NCBI RefSeq assembly: GCF_001194135.2
Contig: NC_068997.1
Span: 2,072,340-2,136,339, forward strand
Source: Octopus bimaculoides
Taxonomy: Eukaryota
Reading direction: 5' to 3'
DNA length: 64,000 nucleotides
The first letter of the stretch is position 1. The number at the start of each line of letters is the position of its first letter. The notes beneath the pieces are model-generated. The model saw nothing but the letters and a program-made list of their open reading frames with translations, was not told the DNA's origin and searched no databases. Made by a program: the position numbers and the translations under genes. Of the stretch, positions 52,441-63,287 are shown piece after piece.

Positions 52441-53477
52441 CAGCTCGCATACACACCAAATGTGTTGAAACTCTAATACCCACCTCCACACACACATACA
52501 ATTCTGTTCTTAATTTCACATGTGAATTCAACTCCTCGCGGAACCCGTTGGAGCTGAATAGTGCCAGTGAGAGTTGGGTGTTGGTCATAAATACACCACG
52601 TCTCGACCAGCAACGAAGCAGGCCTGATCTGTAAGTTAAGACAGATACAATTACACCACAACACTTGCATAAAGCCATAAAACTAATGTCAAAAGATGGA
52701 GTAGCGAACAAAGAAGCATTAAGCCGCAAAGAAAGTCAAAATTTAATTTAAATTAGCATTTTTTTTTTCAATTATGAAATATTTTTTTGTTATTTTGTTC
52801 GTTCATTTTTTTTTTCATTTACATCGATGAAACACCTGAAGATATTTTATATTTTATGCCCTGCAGTAGCAAAACAACACATTTGGCAACCAGTTTTGGA
52901 ATTTTGAAAAATGGGAAAAACAAAGACAATTTGAAATCTATTCGGGTTTTTTTCTTTTAGTTAACAGCGATGCCATGAGGGACAAACGTAACATATTTGC
53001 TTTTAAATTCTAAAATTGTATTGCAAATGTTAAAAAAAAGGGAAGCTGACATGTCATTGGTTAATTACTGTCAAGAATATAATCCAATTACTATAAAGTT
53101 GAAAATAATTAAAATTGCAAATATAAATTAATAAAATATAAGGGCTTTCGTGGTGAATAAAAAATACTTCCTTGTGATTAGTTCTACGATATTTAATGAT
53201 TAGTTCTAGGATGAATAACAGTTGAAGAGCCGAGTGCTAGAGTATTCAGCTGCAAGCCAACTCTGAGTATATAGAAACAATTTTACGAGGGAGAAATTCG
53301 TTGAAATATCTGTTGGCAACTTTGTAAATAGGTTTTTGCTAAGTTTCAAGCGAAGCTCTTCTTCAGAAACAGGAGACAGAGAAAAACGTTGGAAAAGTCG
53401 CCAACAATCTACATCTAGTTACATTTTGAATGACCGTCCTCCGTCTTCTTTTTCTCTTGAACTTTCCTCTGTCTCCT

Positions 53478-53512
53478 GTTTCTGAAGAAGAGCCTTGCTC
53501 GAAACGTAAAAC
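53478..53512 (+). ncRNA. Minimal type I hammerhead HH-B, complete
   Basis: gttt-CTGAAGA-a-gagc(ctt)gctc-GAA-ACGT-A-aaac. Confidence 0.8.
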
Positions 53513-53763
53513 TAACTTCTTTTCTTCTCGAAGCATCTGTTAATACTTTGCATGTACCACGTCCTCACGTTGTTGTTTTTTCTTCTTGTTTTTTTCTCCG
53601 ACTTTTTTTCGATTAATTATATATCCATGTATGTATGTATATATATAAAGTGTTTGAAGTGGTGTACAGATATTGTATATTGAGAAAAAGGAGGCAGTCA
53701 GAATTTTGGATATTTTTTTATTAGTGCTTTCGTTCGTTTATCGAACTTGTCAAGACGATTTTT

Positions 53764-53804
53764 TTTTTTGACAAGTTCGATAAACGAACGAAAGCGCTAA
53801 TAAA
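53764..53804 (+). ncRNA. Hammerhead-like HH-C with U3-A8 core
   Basis: TTGACAA-gttcg(ataaa)cgaac-GAA-AGCGCT-A. Stem I is weak. An inverted copy lies at 53717-53753. Confidence 0.55.
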
Positions 53805-54002
53805 GAATTATCCTGAATTCTGACTGTCTCCATTTTCTCAATATAAAATATCTGGACACCATTTAAAACACTCTATACAAGTTAATTAATAAAAAAAAAA
53901 ACAACAACAAAACAAAGAAGAAGCACAAGAAGAAAACACAACAACGCGAGGACGTGGTACATGCAAAGTATTAACAGACGCTCAGGGAAGGAAAGAAAGG
54001 TG

Positions 54003-54037
54003 GTTTTACGTTTCGAGCAAGGCTCTTCTTCAGAAAC
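54003..54037 (-). ncRNA. Minimal type I hammerhead HH-B, complete
   Basis: Reverse complement is identical to the motif at 53478-53512. Confidence 0.8.
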
Positions 54038-54773
54038 AGGAGACAGAGGAAAGTTCAAGAGAAAAAGAAGACAGAGGGCGGTCATTCAAAATATAACTAC
54101 ATGTGGATTGTTGGCAATTTTTTCCTCCGTCTTCCTTTTATTTGTGTGTGTGTGTATGTGTGTATTTTGTGTGTGTGTTGTGTGTGTTGTGCGTGCTTTG
54201 TGTGTGTTTTGTGTGTGTTTTGTGTGTCTTGTGTGTGTGTGTATACACACCACCGACCCAAATAAACCCCAATGTATATATTAATGCTGCGTTAAGCTGC
54301 GTCTGTGTTTCGATGTTATACGATCAGTCCGACTATTTTGAAATCTGTTTGGAATCTCATCAAGAAATGAACACTCGTCTTTAACTCTAGACACAGACAC
54401 TCCAATTATAGCCACAGGCATTAGTGGCTCCATTTAAGCGAAGAATCCGATTTGCATACATTAAATATTTGCTGTCAGTTACATCGTTAATGAAATTAGT
54501 GACGTGTTAAGTAACGTGTGTATCAATACTATGATGTACTCTAGAGTAAATCTTAGCTTTCAGACAACGCTGTATATGAAATTAAACCGAATTAAACTCA
54601 CAAAACATATATGTAAATATATACAAACATATATACAGAGATACATAGGTACATTCATATATGCACGTAATTATATGTGTATGCCTGTATATGTGTAGGA
54701 TTTTAGGTGTATGTACATAAAAGTATCTAACACTTTATATGTGTGTCTTGTGTATGTGTGTATGTATGTGTAA

Positions 54774-54810
<37 letters not shown>

Positions 54811-55684
54811 NNNNNNNNNNNNNNNNNNNNNNNNNNNNNNNNNNNNNNNNNNNNNNNNNNNNNNNNNNNNNNNNNNNNNNNNNNNNNNNNNNNNNNNNNN
54901 NNNNNNNNNNNNNNNNNNNNNNNNNNNNNNNNNNNNNNNNNNNNNNNNNNNNNNNNNNNNNNNNNNNNNNNNNNNNNNNNNNNNNNNNNNNNNNNNNNNN
55001 NNNNNNNNNNNNNNNNNNNNNNNNNNNNNNNNNNNNNNNNNNNNNNNNNNNNNNNNNNNNNNNNNNNNNNNNNNNNNNNNNNNNNNNNNNNNNNNNNNNN
55101 NNNNNNNNNNNNNNNNNNNNNNNNNNNNNNNNNNNNNNNNNNNNNNNNNNNNNNNNNNNNNNNNNNNNNNNNNNNNNNNNNNNNNNNNNNNNNNNNNNNN
55201 NNNNNNNNNNNNNNNNNNNNNNNNNNNNNNNNNNNNNNNNNNNNNNNNNNNNNNNNNNNNNNNNNNNNNNNNNNNNNNNNNNNNNNNNNNNNNNNNNNNN
55301 NNNNNNNNNNNNNNNNNNNNNNNNNNNNNNNNNNNNNNNNNNNNNNNNNNNNNNNNNNNNNNNNNNNNNNNNNNNNNNNNNNNNNNNNNNNNNNNNNNNN
55401 NNNNNNNNNNNNNNNNNNNNNNNNNNNNNNNNNNNNNNNNNNNNNNNNNNNNNNNNNNNNNNNNNNNNNNNNNNNNNNNNNNNNNNNNNNNNNNNNNNNN
55501 NNNNNNNNNNNNNNNNNNNNNNNNNNNNNNNNNNNNNNNNNNNNNNNNNNNNNNNNNNNNNNNNNNNNNNNNNNNNNNNNNNNNNNNNNNNNNNNNNNNN
55601 NNNNNNNNNNNNNNNNNNNNNNNNNNNNNNNNNNNNNNNNNNNNNNNNNNNNNNNNNNNNNNNNNNNNNNNNNNNNNNNNNNNN

Positions 55685-55715
<31 letters not shown>

Positions 55716-56585
55716 GATATATATGCATACATGTATACATACATATATATACATACATACATATACATATATATATATAATACATACATATATGTGTACA
55801 TATATATACATATATACATATATACATACATGAATATACATATATATACATATGAGAGAGGGAGAGAGGGAGAGACAGACAGACAGACAGATAGATACGT
55901 TAGCAGGGAGACAAGCAGGTGTGTATGTATATAGGTAGGTAGGTGGTTAGATAGGTAGGTAGGTAGGTAGGTAGGTAGGTAGGTTGGTAGATAGGCAGGC
56001 AGGCAGGCAGGCAGGTAGGTTAGTATGTAGATAGGGATGGATGGATGGAGGATGGGAGTGAGATAGACACATGGCATTGTGAAGAAAGTAACTTATTAAA
56101 ATTTAATGAAGAACTAATACTTATTCGTCAGTTTTCTGAAGAGAAGTTTAAAGAACGAAAATTCATAACTTTCTATGTATTTTGCAATCGTGTTGAGAAA
56201 TGTATGCATGCGTGAGCCTGTATACGTACATACATACAAAAATACTCTGTTGATGTTGTTGAAATTCTAGTGAAAGAGCCTAGGATCAAGGTTAGGAACC
56301 GACTCTTTTTCTATTGACAAGAAATCTTGAAATAAAACTGTATGATGACGTACACATAACGATTGTCTCATCTTGTCAAATGATAGCCGTTTTACATTCA
56401 GCCTGACTGAGCACAGATATCCATTGCTGTCGCACTTTATAACATGCAAAACAGATCAAGAAATGAAATGATAGGGAGACATTTGCACATCACTGGTTTA
56501 AGTGACAAAAGCTTATACAACACTTTTGCCACTCTCTTGCTCGCCATAGTATGTTCCAGTAACAAAAATTGCAAGATGACTGATA

Positions 56586-56990
56586 CGACAGTAATGCCTC
56601 GACATACGAGTTAATTTGATCTCGGACTCTGCTCGTAAAGCGAAAACTTGTAAAGCTGAGCAATAATTTCCCATAGTAGCACTATCATAAACCGTAATTC
56701 ATTCCTAGAAAAGTATTTTACCAATAAAATTCATAGTACTCGTAAATAAATGGCAATAAAACAACAGTACAATGTAAGGAGTACTTTATGTAAAGTAAAA
56801 AGGATGTTAAGATCATTTATAATAAAAAATAATTTTATAATCGTTTTCTAAATTACTTTGACTCGCAGCAGACTCACGCATACCATTACTTGTAGACCCG
56901 ATCCCCGATTCGAAATCATTCGTAGACCAACTTGTCGATTTATATTTGGAAAACAAGTCTAGAGTTGTTTGTCTAGAAGAAGCTTCATTT
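56586..56990 (-). mobile_element. Tigger/pogo 3' end
   Basis: TIR-like cagtaatgcctcgacatacgagttaatttg. Minus frame NEASSRQTTLDLFSK matches the pogo/Tigger C-terminal QTTLDxF motif. Confidence 0.65.
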
Positions 56991-57215
56991 CGGCGAGCTG
57001 GCAGAAACGTTAGCACGCTGCGCGAAATGCTTAGCGGTATTTTGTCTGCTGTTACGTTCTGTGTTCAAATTCCGCCGAGGTCGACTTTACCTTTCATACT
57101 TTCGGAGGTCGATAAATTAAGTACCAGTTACGCACCGGGGGGTCGATGTAATCGACTTAATCCCTTTGTCTGTCCTTCTTTGTCCCCTCTATGTTTAGCC
57201 CCTTGTGGGCAATAA
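56990..57215 (+). mobile_element. SINE family A, full length
   Basis: ggcgagctggcagaaacgttagcacg..ttcaaattccgccgaggtcgactttacctttcat..gccccttgtgggcaata. Confidence 0.9.
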
Positions 57216-57424
57216 CGAAATCAGAAGCTTCATCTCCCTCTCTATAAATTTCTCGGTAACACAAGTATTTGTTATGGTAGTAGAAACTTTTGCACTTCGT
57301 TCAAAATATATCTTGTGCTTGAAAACTAAAACTCGTAAAACGGGTCCCTGTAAAGTGAGGTATTACTGTATTTTGACTGCATGTTTTATGTCTGAATATC
57401 TTTCTTCGAGAAGAGCTGCCTTAC

Positions 57425-57903
57425 CCAGGGTTTGTCAAAAATAACGTCAGTTTCCTTTACTGCTGGGACACTGACAGGTACTACGACGGTTCTGGGAGTA
57501 ATGGTATAATGGTAATTAAGGGGTGATTCCACGCTCTCCAGAACTCCAGAACTTCAGATCTCCAGAACACGAGCCTCACCGCGGGAGCGATTTGAATGCG
57601 ATAACCTGGACGTGCGCGCGCATACATACACATACATACGTACATACATACATACATACATACATACATACATACATACATACATAGGGTGAGAGGGTGA
57701 GACAGAGTGGCGTGTATTGCAGAAGAGGTCGCGTGGAAGGCTACCACTACGTTAAAAACGCGTGTATGAGGAAAAGATAGATAGATAGATAGAAAGGGAG
57801 AGAGAGGGGGGGAGAGAGAGAGAAAAGGGAGAGAGAGAGAGAAAAGGGAGACAGAGTATGTGAGAGAAAATGTGTGTGCGTGTGATAGGGTGAGAGAGAG
57901 AGA

Positions 57904-57959
<56 letters not shown>

Positions 57960-58020
57960 ATATACAGAGTGAAGGAGAGCGCGAGAGAGAAGGTGAGTTG
58001 ACAACCAAACCGGAAGTTGT
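57425..58020. promoter_or_regulatory. Possible first-exon/regulatory region with ETS motif
   Basis: ACCGGAAGT at 58009-58017. Minus-strand segment 57605-57425 lies between ccag| and tgg|gtaagg and has no ATG. A plus-strand donor aag|gtgagt is at 57992, so direction is ambiguous. Confidence 0.3.
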
Positions 58021-58619
58021 GTGACAGAAAGAGATTTGACAAAAATTATTATATTGATTGCTTCTTCAGAATTACGAAAATGTGTCGCTTCCTAACATTA
58101 ACACATTAACGTTCGTATAATGTTTCTTCAACAACAATAAATTAATAATGAAATAATTCTTCCTCAAATTATTTTAATTTTCCTCAAACCTTTTTCCCAA
58201 CGCCGACATCTTCCTGTGCGCATGCTCTTATTGAATGTGTGTGTGTGTGTGTGTGTGTACGTGCTTGTGTGTTTCTATGGTTTGTCAGTGTCAATATTTT
58301 GACCGTTGCGTGTACATGTACGTGCATGTCTTTGTATAACTATGTGCATGCGTTTACGTTTATGCCTGATGTCTGAGGAAAAGCTATATCTCTAATCATA
58401 TATGTGTTGCGTGTTTGCGTGGAAGTGTGGGTGTCAATTAAAATGCACGTCACGATGTATTTTCATGATTCAATTCACAATAGTTCCCAATACATTCGTA
58501 TCAAACTCTATAGAATTTAGAAGTTAAACAATGTGCACTATTAGCCATAGGAAATATACCAAAATATACGTTTTAAAATGATTTTATACACACACACAAT
58601 AAAAACTATATAATAATAA

Positions 58620-58800
58620 ATATATTCCGATTTAAAGTGACATTTATCTCAACAACTGACTGAACAATGAAGAGCTAACCCAGACAAGAATCGAACCCAC
58701 ATATCAACGCTAACACGGCTCCTTGCACATCCGATTAGGCCAATGCGTTCACTCAGCATTTTCAGCCGAATTCCATGCATAGTTACTTAACTGTCTTATA
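58620..58800 (-). mobile_element. tRNA-Arg-like SINE head with A and B boxes
   Basis: Reverse complement has TGGCCTAATCGG (58742-58731) and GGTTCGATTC (58697-58688). A partial second copy lies at 59288-59412. Confidence 0.55.
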
Positions 58801-58900
58801 CTCCATATAATATATTTAAACAAGCTCGAAGGTTGTGTAAGTTACAGAGAAAGAGCGGCTATGGAAGTCTTTTTTTGTACAATAATAACTATATAATAAT

Positions 58901-59196
58901 AATTGCAGCATGTAAGGTATTTATAAGCCATTTAAGAAACACACGAAAGCCGTTAGATTCACTTCAACATTTAAATTTAATTTGTCAAAATATTTTCGTC
59001 GCTTTGAGACCGCGACCTGTTCACTGACAAAATTCCGTGCAGCATATACACGTGTAGCACGGAATTTTGTCAGTGAACAGGTCGCGGTCTCAAAGCGACG
59101 AAAATATTTTGACAAATTAAATTTAAATGTTGAAGTGAATCTAACGGCTTTTGTGTGTTTCTTAAATGGCTTATAAACACCTTCCACGCTGCAATT
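58901..59196. mobile_element. Near-perfect 140-bp-arm palindrome of a hammerhead-bearing repeat (HH-D)
   Basis: Arms 58901-59040 and 59057-59196, with 16-nt spacer agcatatacacgtgta. Confidence 0.88.
59066..59116 (+). ncRNA. Type I hammerhead HH-D with G3-C8 swapped core
   Basis: tttgtca-GTGAACA-g-gtcgc(ggtctcaaa)gcgac-GAA-AATATT-T-tgacaaa. An identical motif is on the minus strand at 58981-59031. Confidence 0.75.
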
Positions 59197-59504
59197 GTTT
59201 TCGTTCGAGCACACGATCTCAGATCAGGTCACTTGCTATGCAAGTACATCTCCGTAATATATAATAATATATCATAATAATAATAGATATATACTCCGAT
59301 TTAAAGTGACATTTATCGCAACAACAGACTAGAATCTAACAAAAACTGACTGAAAAATGATGTGCTAACCCAGGTTAGAATCGAACAAATGTCGCTTTAA
59401 TCGGAGTATATATATTATCATTATGATATATTATTATTGAGGTAGAGAGCTGGTAGAGTTGTTGTGCCTATAGTAGAAAGGATTATTATTTATTATTTTT
59501 TAAA

Positions 59505-59825
59505 ATAGGTATAGGTAAGATTGTGTTGTAAGAAACCTACTTTCCAACCATGTAGTCTAGGGTTCAGTCCCACTGTGCAGTACTTTGAGCAAGTGTCTTC
59601 CACTATTGCCTCTGGCCGGCCAAGGCCTTGTCAGAGGATCTAATAGATGGAAACTAAAAGAAGCCTGTTGTATGTGTGTTTAGTGTGTGTGTCTTTGTGC
59701 CTTTATGCTTGTGTCTGTCCCAACTACTACCACTTGACGACTTCTGGTTTGCTTACATCCCTGACTAAACCCTTCCAGGTGGTACCCCAACATGGCGCAA
59801 TCTAAAGACCGAAACAAGTACAAAA
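59505..59825 (+). mobile_element. SINE family B
   Basis: gggttcagtcccactgtgcagtactttgagcaagtgtcttc..aaagaccgaaacaagta. Confidence 0.8.
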
Positions 59826-59867
59826 TTATTATTATTAGTGTCGTTGTTGTTGCTGTTATTATTATTA

Positions 59868-59899
<32 letters not shown>

Positions 59900-59917
59900 G
59901 TTGTTGTTGTTGTTACT

Positions 59918-60130
59918 AAGGCGGCGAGATGGCAGAATCGTTAGTAAACCGGCCAAAATGCTTTGCGGTATGTGTCGTCCAGCTTTACGCCCTGAGTTCA
60001 AATTCTGCCGATGTCGACCTTGTCTTTCATTCTTAGTGATCAATAAAATAAGTACCAGTTGAACACTGGGATCGATGTAATCGACTTATCCCCTACCCTC
60101 AAATTTCAAGCCTTGTGCCTATTGTAGAGA
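59918..60130 (+). mobile_element. SINE family A
   Basis: aggcggcgagatggcagaatcgttag..gagttcaaattctgccgatgtcgacc..aagccttgtgcct. Confidence 0.85.
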
Positions 60131-61159
60131 GGATTATTGTTGTTGTTGTTGTTGTTGCATCTGCTGCTGGTACTGCTGTTGCTGCTTTTAATATTATTGT
60201 TAATGTTGTTATTGTTATTCTGGCAATTAATTACCAAATATTTTTCCCTTAAGTAATTATAAAATTGGCCCTGTTTAATGAGATGCAACAAAGAATTATA
60301 TTTGAAGAGAGGACCACTTTGTTATAATCACACTGGGGGATTGGTGGGTTTGAAATCCAGCACATTTCATGCTGTTTCAGAGAATTAAGAAGGAATCGGC
60401 GAAGCAGTGGGGAGTTAGGGTGAGGGGTAAATGGCATCCTGTATTAAAATATGAAGTGAAAGAATATCCAGCGTTTTGCATAAAACCGCCATTGATCTTT
60501 GTGATGCAACGTTCATGGCACATATTGATTGATACAACTGGTGACAAGGATCTAATGGAAATGAATATATATGCGTGAATATGACTCTGTTTATTTCTAT
60601 AAGTGTGTGTGTGTATGTGTATACTTGTGTGTGCGTTTGCGTGTGTTGCAATTATGTTAAATCTGTTTATTGTGAAAAACGCTGTAGCCTATATTGATTC
60701 AACAAAGCAAACTTCACACGTAAGGCCGACATTTACGGCAAACATGCTCCATTATGTAACTCAAAAAGCTACTGCTTCTACAATATTTAAATTAGATTCG
60801 ACTTAATTAATGCGGGGAACACCAACAACATAATTAGAAATGATTATTAGCCCTATTATTAAAATTATTTTTTATTATATACTGAATATTTTAAATTTTC
60901 ATTGTTTACGGATCATGAATGACGTAGTTGGGCGAGTAAGGGTTCGGTAAAGTTGCGTGTTGAATAGTGGAACTGAGAGTTCGTATCTCTGGATCGATAA
61001 CATGATTGGTACGGAGTGGATCACCTGGATTATATCTCACGTCCTTTATAACAAATTACCATTTTCTTAGTCAAAAGTAACGAGACTATTTATTGTTCTA
61101 CAGTATGGTAGGGTACCTCTTTATAGAAAGATGAAATATTGAAAATTAAACATATGAAC

Positions 61160-61215
<56 letters not shown>

Positions 61216-61381
61216 NNNNNNNNNNNNNNNNNNNNNNNNNNNNNNNNNNNNNNNNNNNNNNNNNNNNNNNNNNNNNNNNNNNNNNNNNNNNNNNNNNNNN
61301 NNNNNNNNNNNNNNNNNNNNNNNNNNNNNNNNNNNNNNNNNNNNNNNNNNNNNNNNNNNNNNNNNNNNNNNNNNNNNNNNN

Positions 61382-63132
61382 NGATGCGGTTTGAAGAAGC
61401 CCATCAGCATGTATGCATTGTAGGCAGCCGACATAAACAACTTTACAATCAGGCGTCTAGACCATTAGTAATGAAGGCGACACTTTTTAAGTCGAGCCAT
61501 TTGGTCGGTTTTGTCTGTTCCACTCATGTGGACATTATATTTTTCTCTACCTTAGGACAAGGGACAGGGACCTTCTGTGTTCTCATTTCCGTCATATTGC
61601 TGTACATGTTCTTGGGGGAATGGTATAAAGAGTGACGTAATGAAATAGATCGGTCTTTAGTCTTTCCAAACAAAAACAGCCACATTTCTGTTGAACAAAA
61701 ATTCTGAGTCCCTCCTTTCCATTTCGCTATTTCTTTTTATGAAGGTCGTTGGGAATTCTCTTCCATTTGCCATGGCAGTACCACACATTCGAATATCTTT
61801 GTTGAAATGAAGATATCCCATAAGTTATACAGACGTGTAAAGTCTGTCAGTGTAGAGTGCTTAGTTTTGTCCGACATATTCATTTGTCACCTTCACAACT
61901 AAGTTTCCTGTGACACCGAAGTTGTTAATTCCATTTGCATCATCTCTCCTTCCGGTATACATTTCTGCATTGCAGATGTATCCGTCTTCAGAATCACATA
62001 ATAAAAAGGATCTTATCCTATAAGGTATTGGCTTATCTTTTCTATACTGCTGGAATGAAAGCTTGTTATTCGTGGGATCATTCTCTCATCTAGCGATTAA
62101 TCACAGTCCCGCATATAGTGTTGTTTGAATTTATCAAACAAGTGATTGAATATAGGGAGAGTCCTGTACAATTTATTGTTCCTATCAATGTTCTGATCGT
62201 CCTCATTCACACAGTGCAACAACGACCAAATAGCACGAAATTTGTTGCGGCTCATGACCTTTGGAAAACCTGGGGTCAGTGTTAGTAAGGCATCCTTTAA
62301 CCGCCATAGCTGTTCATAGCGATCCTTGTGCACCAGCATTTCCATAGTCACCCGGAGACCAAAAAAAGCTTTCAGTTAAGTTTTTTCTCATGCAAAATTT
62401 TTGTTGAGAAACTATTCGGCTTCGCCTGAAACACATTTTCAGCTTTATTCTTAGTTTCCCCGCGTAAAATATCCCATAAGTCGTCATTCCAGAATAAAAT
62501 AAAATAATCAGTTGGAGTGCTGTCTACATTTATAGTGTCAGGTATGTTCTTTGGCCCTGGTGGATTACTTGGTGTAGACTGGCGCTCTGCAAAGCCTGTA
62601 GTGTCTCTCCGCCATCTTGGAGGAGTATTGACTCTTACTCTGAGCGGAACATTGGGCCTACCACCTCGCCGGCTGCCACGTGGAGCACGCCCACCGTTCC
62701 CGCCACGAACACGAACACGCTACCTATTCTGACGACCGACAGGTACCATGCACACTTGCCGGTGGCTGTACATTTTGTACAGGAGCATATTTGTCAAGAT
62801 CATCGCTATCACTTTGAGGGTCTAAATCGTTATCCGATTCAATCTCAAAATCAGCATCATTGCCATAATCATCATTAGACGACAACACTTGGTTCAAGAC
62901 ATCACTCACAGACAGGTATTTTAGATTCATTTTCACGAAAAACTAGAGGGAGCAGCTTCAATCATCGGGAAGTTCTTCCTGTGACAGTACACGTGCAGGC
63001 CGATGACCAGATGCAATAACGTCGCTAATTGGCCGAAGAGTCGCTAAGCGATATGTTTGTAAACAGTACAACGTGGCAGCCGGTAAAGCATTTGCTTGGC
63101 GGCCGGAATAGCCACTGCTGGGGTTCTGAGGG
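61382..63132 (-). mobile_element. piggyBac (PGBD4-like) transposon, disrupted; 5' end intact, 3' end lost in gap
   Basis: TTAA|CCCT terminus at 63136-63129; acidic N-terminus; VMSRNKFRAIWSLLHCVN..SLDERMI..LCDSEDGYICNAEMYTG..LYTDRLYTSV..YNVHMSGTDKTDQM. Confidence 0.9.
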
Positions 63133-63218
63133 TTAATAATGTGATATTTATCTCTATAAATGATCAGATATATGTATAACATTGGGATTTTGACAACTGT
63201 TGTTCTTATAGAACTTAC

Positions 63219-63287
63219 ATATTCTCGAGAAAGAATACCTCTGATTAGGAACGTAATTCGTGAAAAAGATCTCTTGAATTATCTTAT
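63219..63287 (-). other. Candidate 69-nt symmetric (phase 1-1) exon
   Basis: ttttcttttacttgcttatttag acceptor and tat|gtaagt donor. Single open frame (D)KIIQEIFFTNYVPNQRYSFSRI. Confidence 0.35.

Larger units (their letters stand above)
53342..54125. mobile_element. ~730-bp nested foldback carrying five hammerhead motifs (families HH-B and HH-C), Penelope-LTR-like
   Basis: 53391-53753 is the reverse complement of 53768-54125, with a 14-nt spacer. An extra inverted HH-B copy lies at 53342-53385. Confidence 0.82.

Noticed and set aside
56260-56340. Hairpin-like repeat aaagagcc..gactcttt, a possible fifth hammerhead family
   Set aside because: This copy has no recognisable core or palindromic stem III, so it cannot be supported from the sequence.
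58680-58750. Possible tRNA gene
   Set aside because: A and B boxes are present but there is no cloverleaf or acceptor stem; treated as a SINE-type head.
267-61635. Long ORFs in the supplied track (HTHT, CVCV, YIYI, LSLS, poly-L/R/I/Y, X-runs)
   Set aside because: They are translations of microsatellites or N gaps, not genes.
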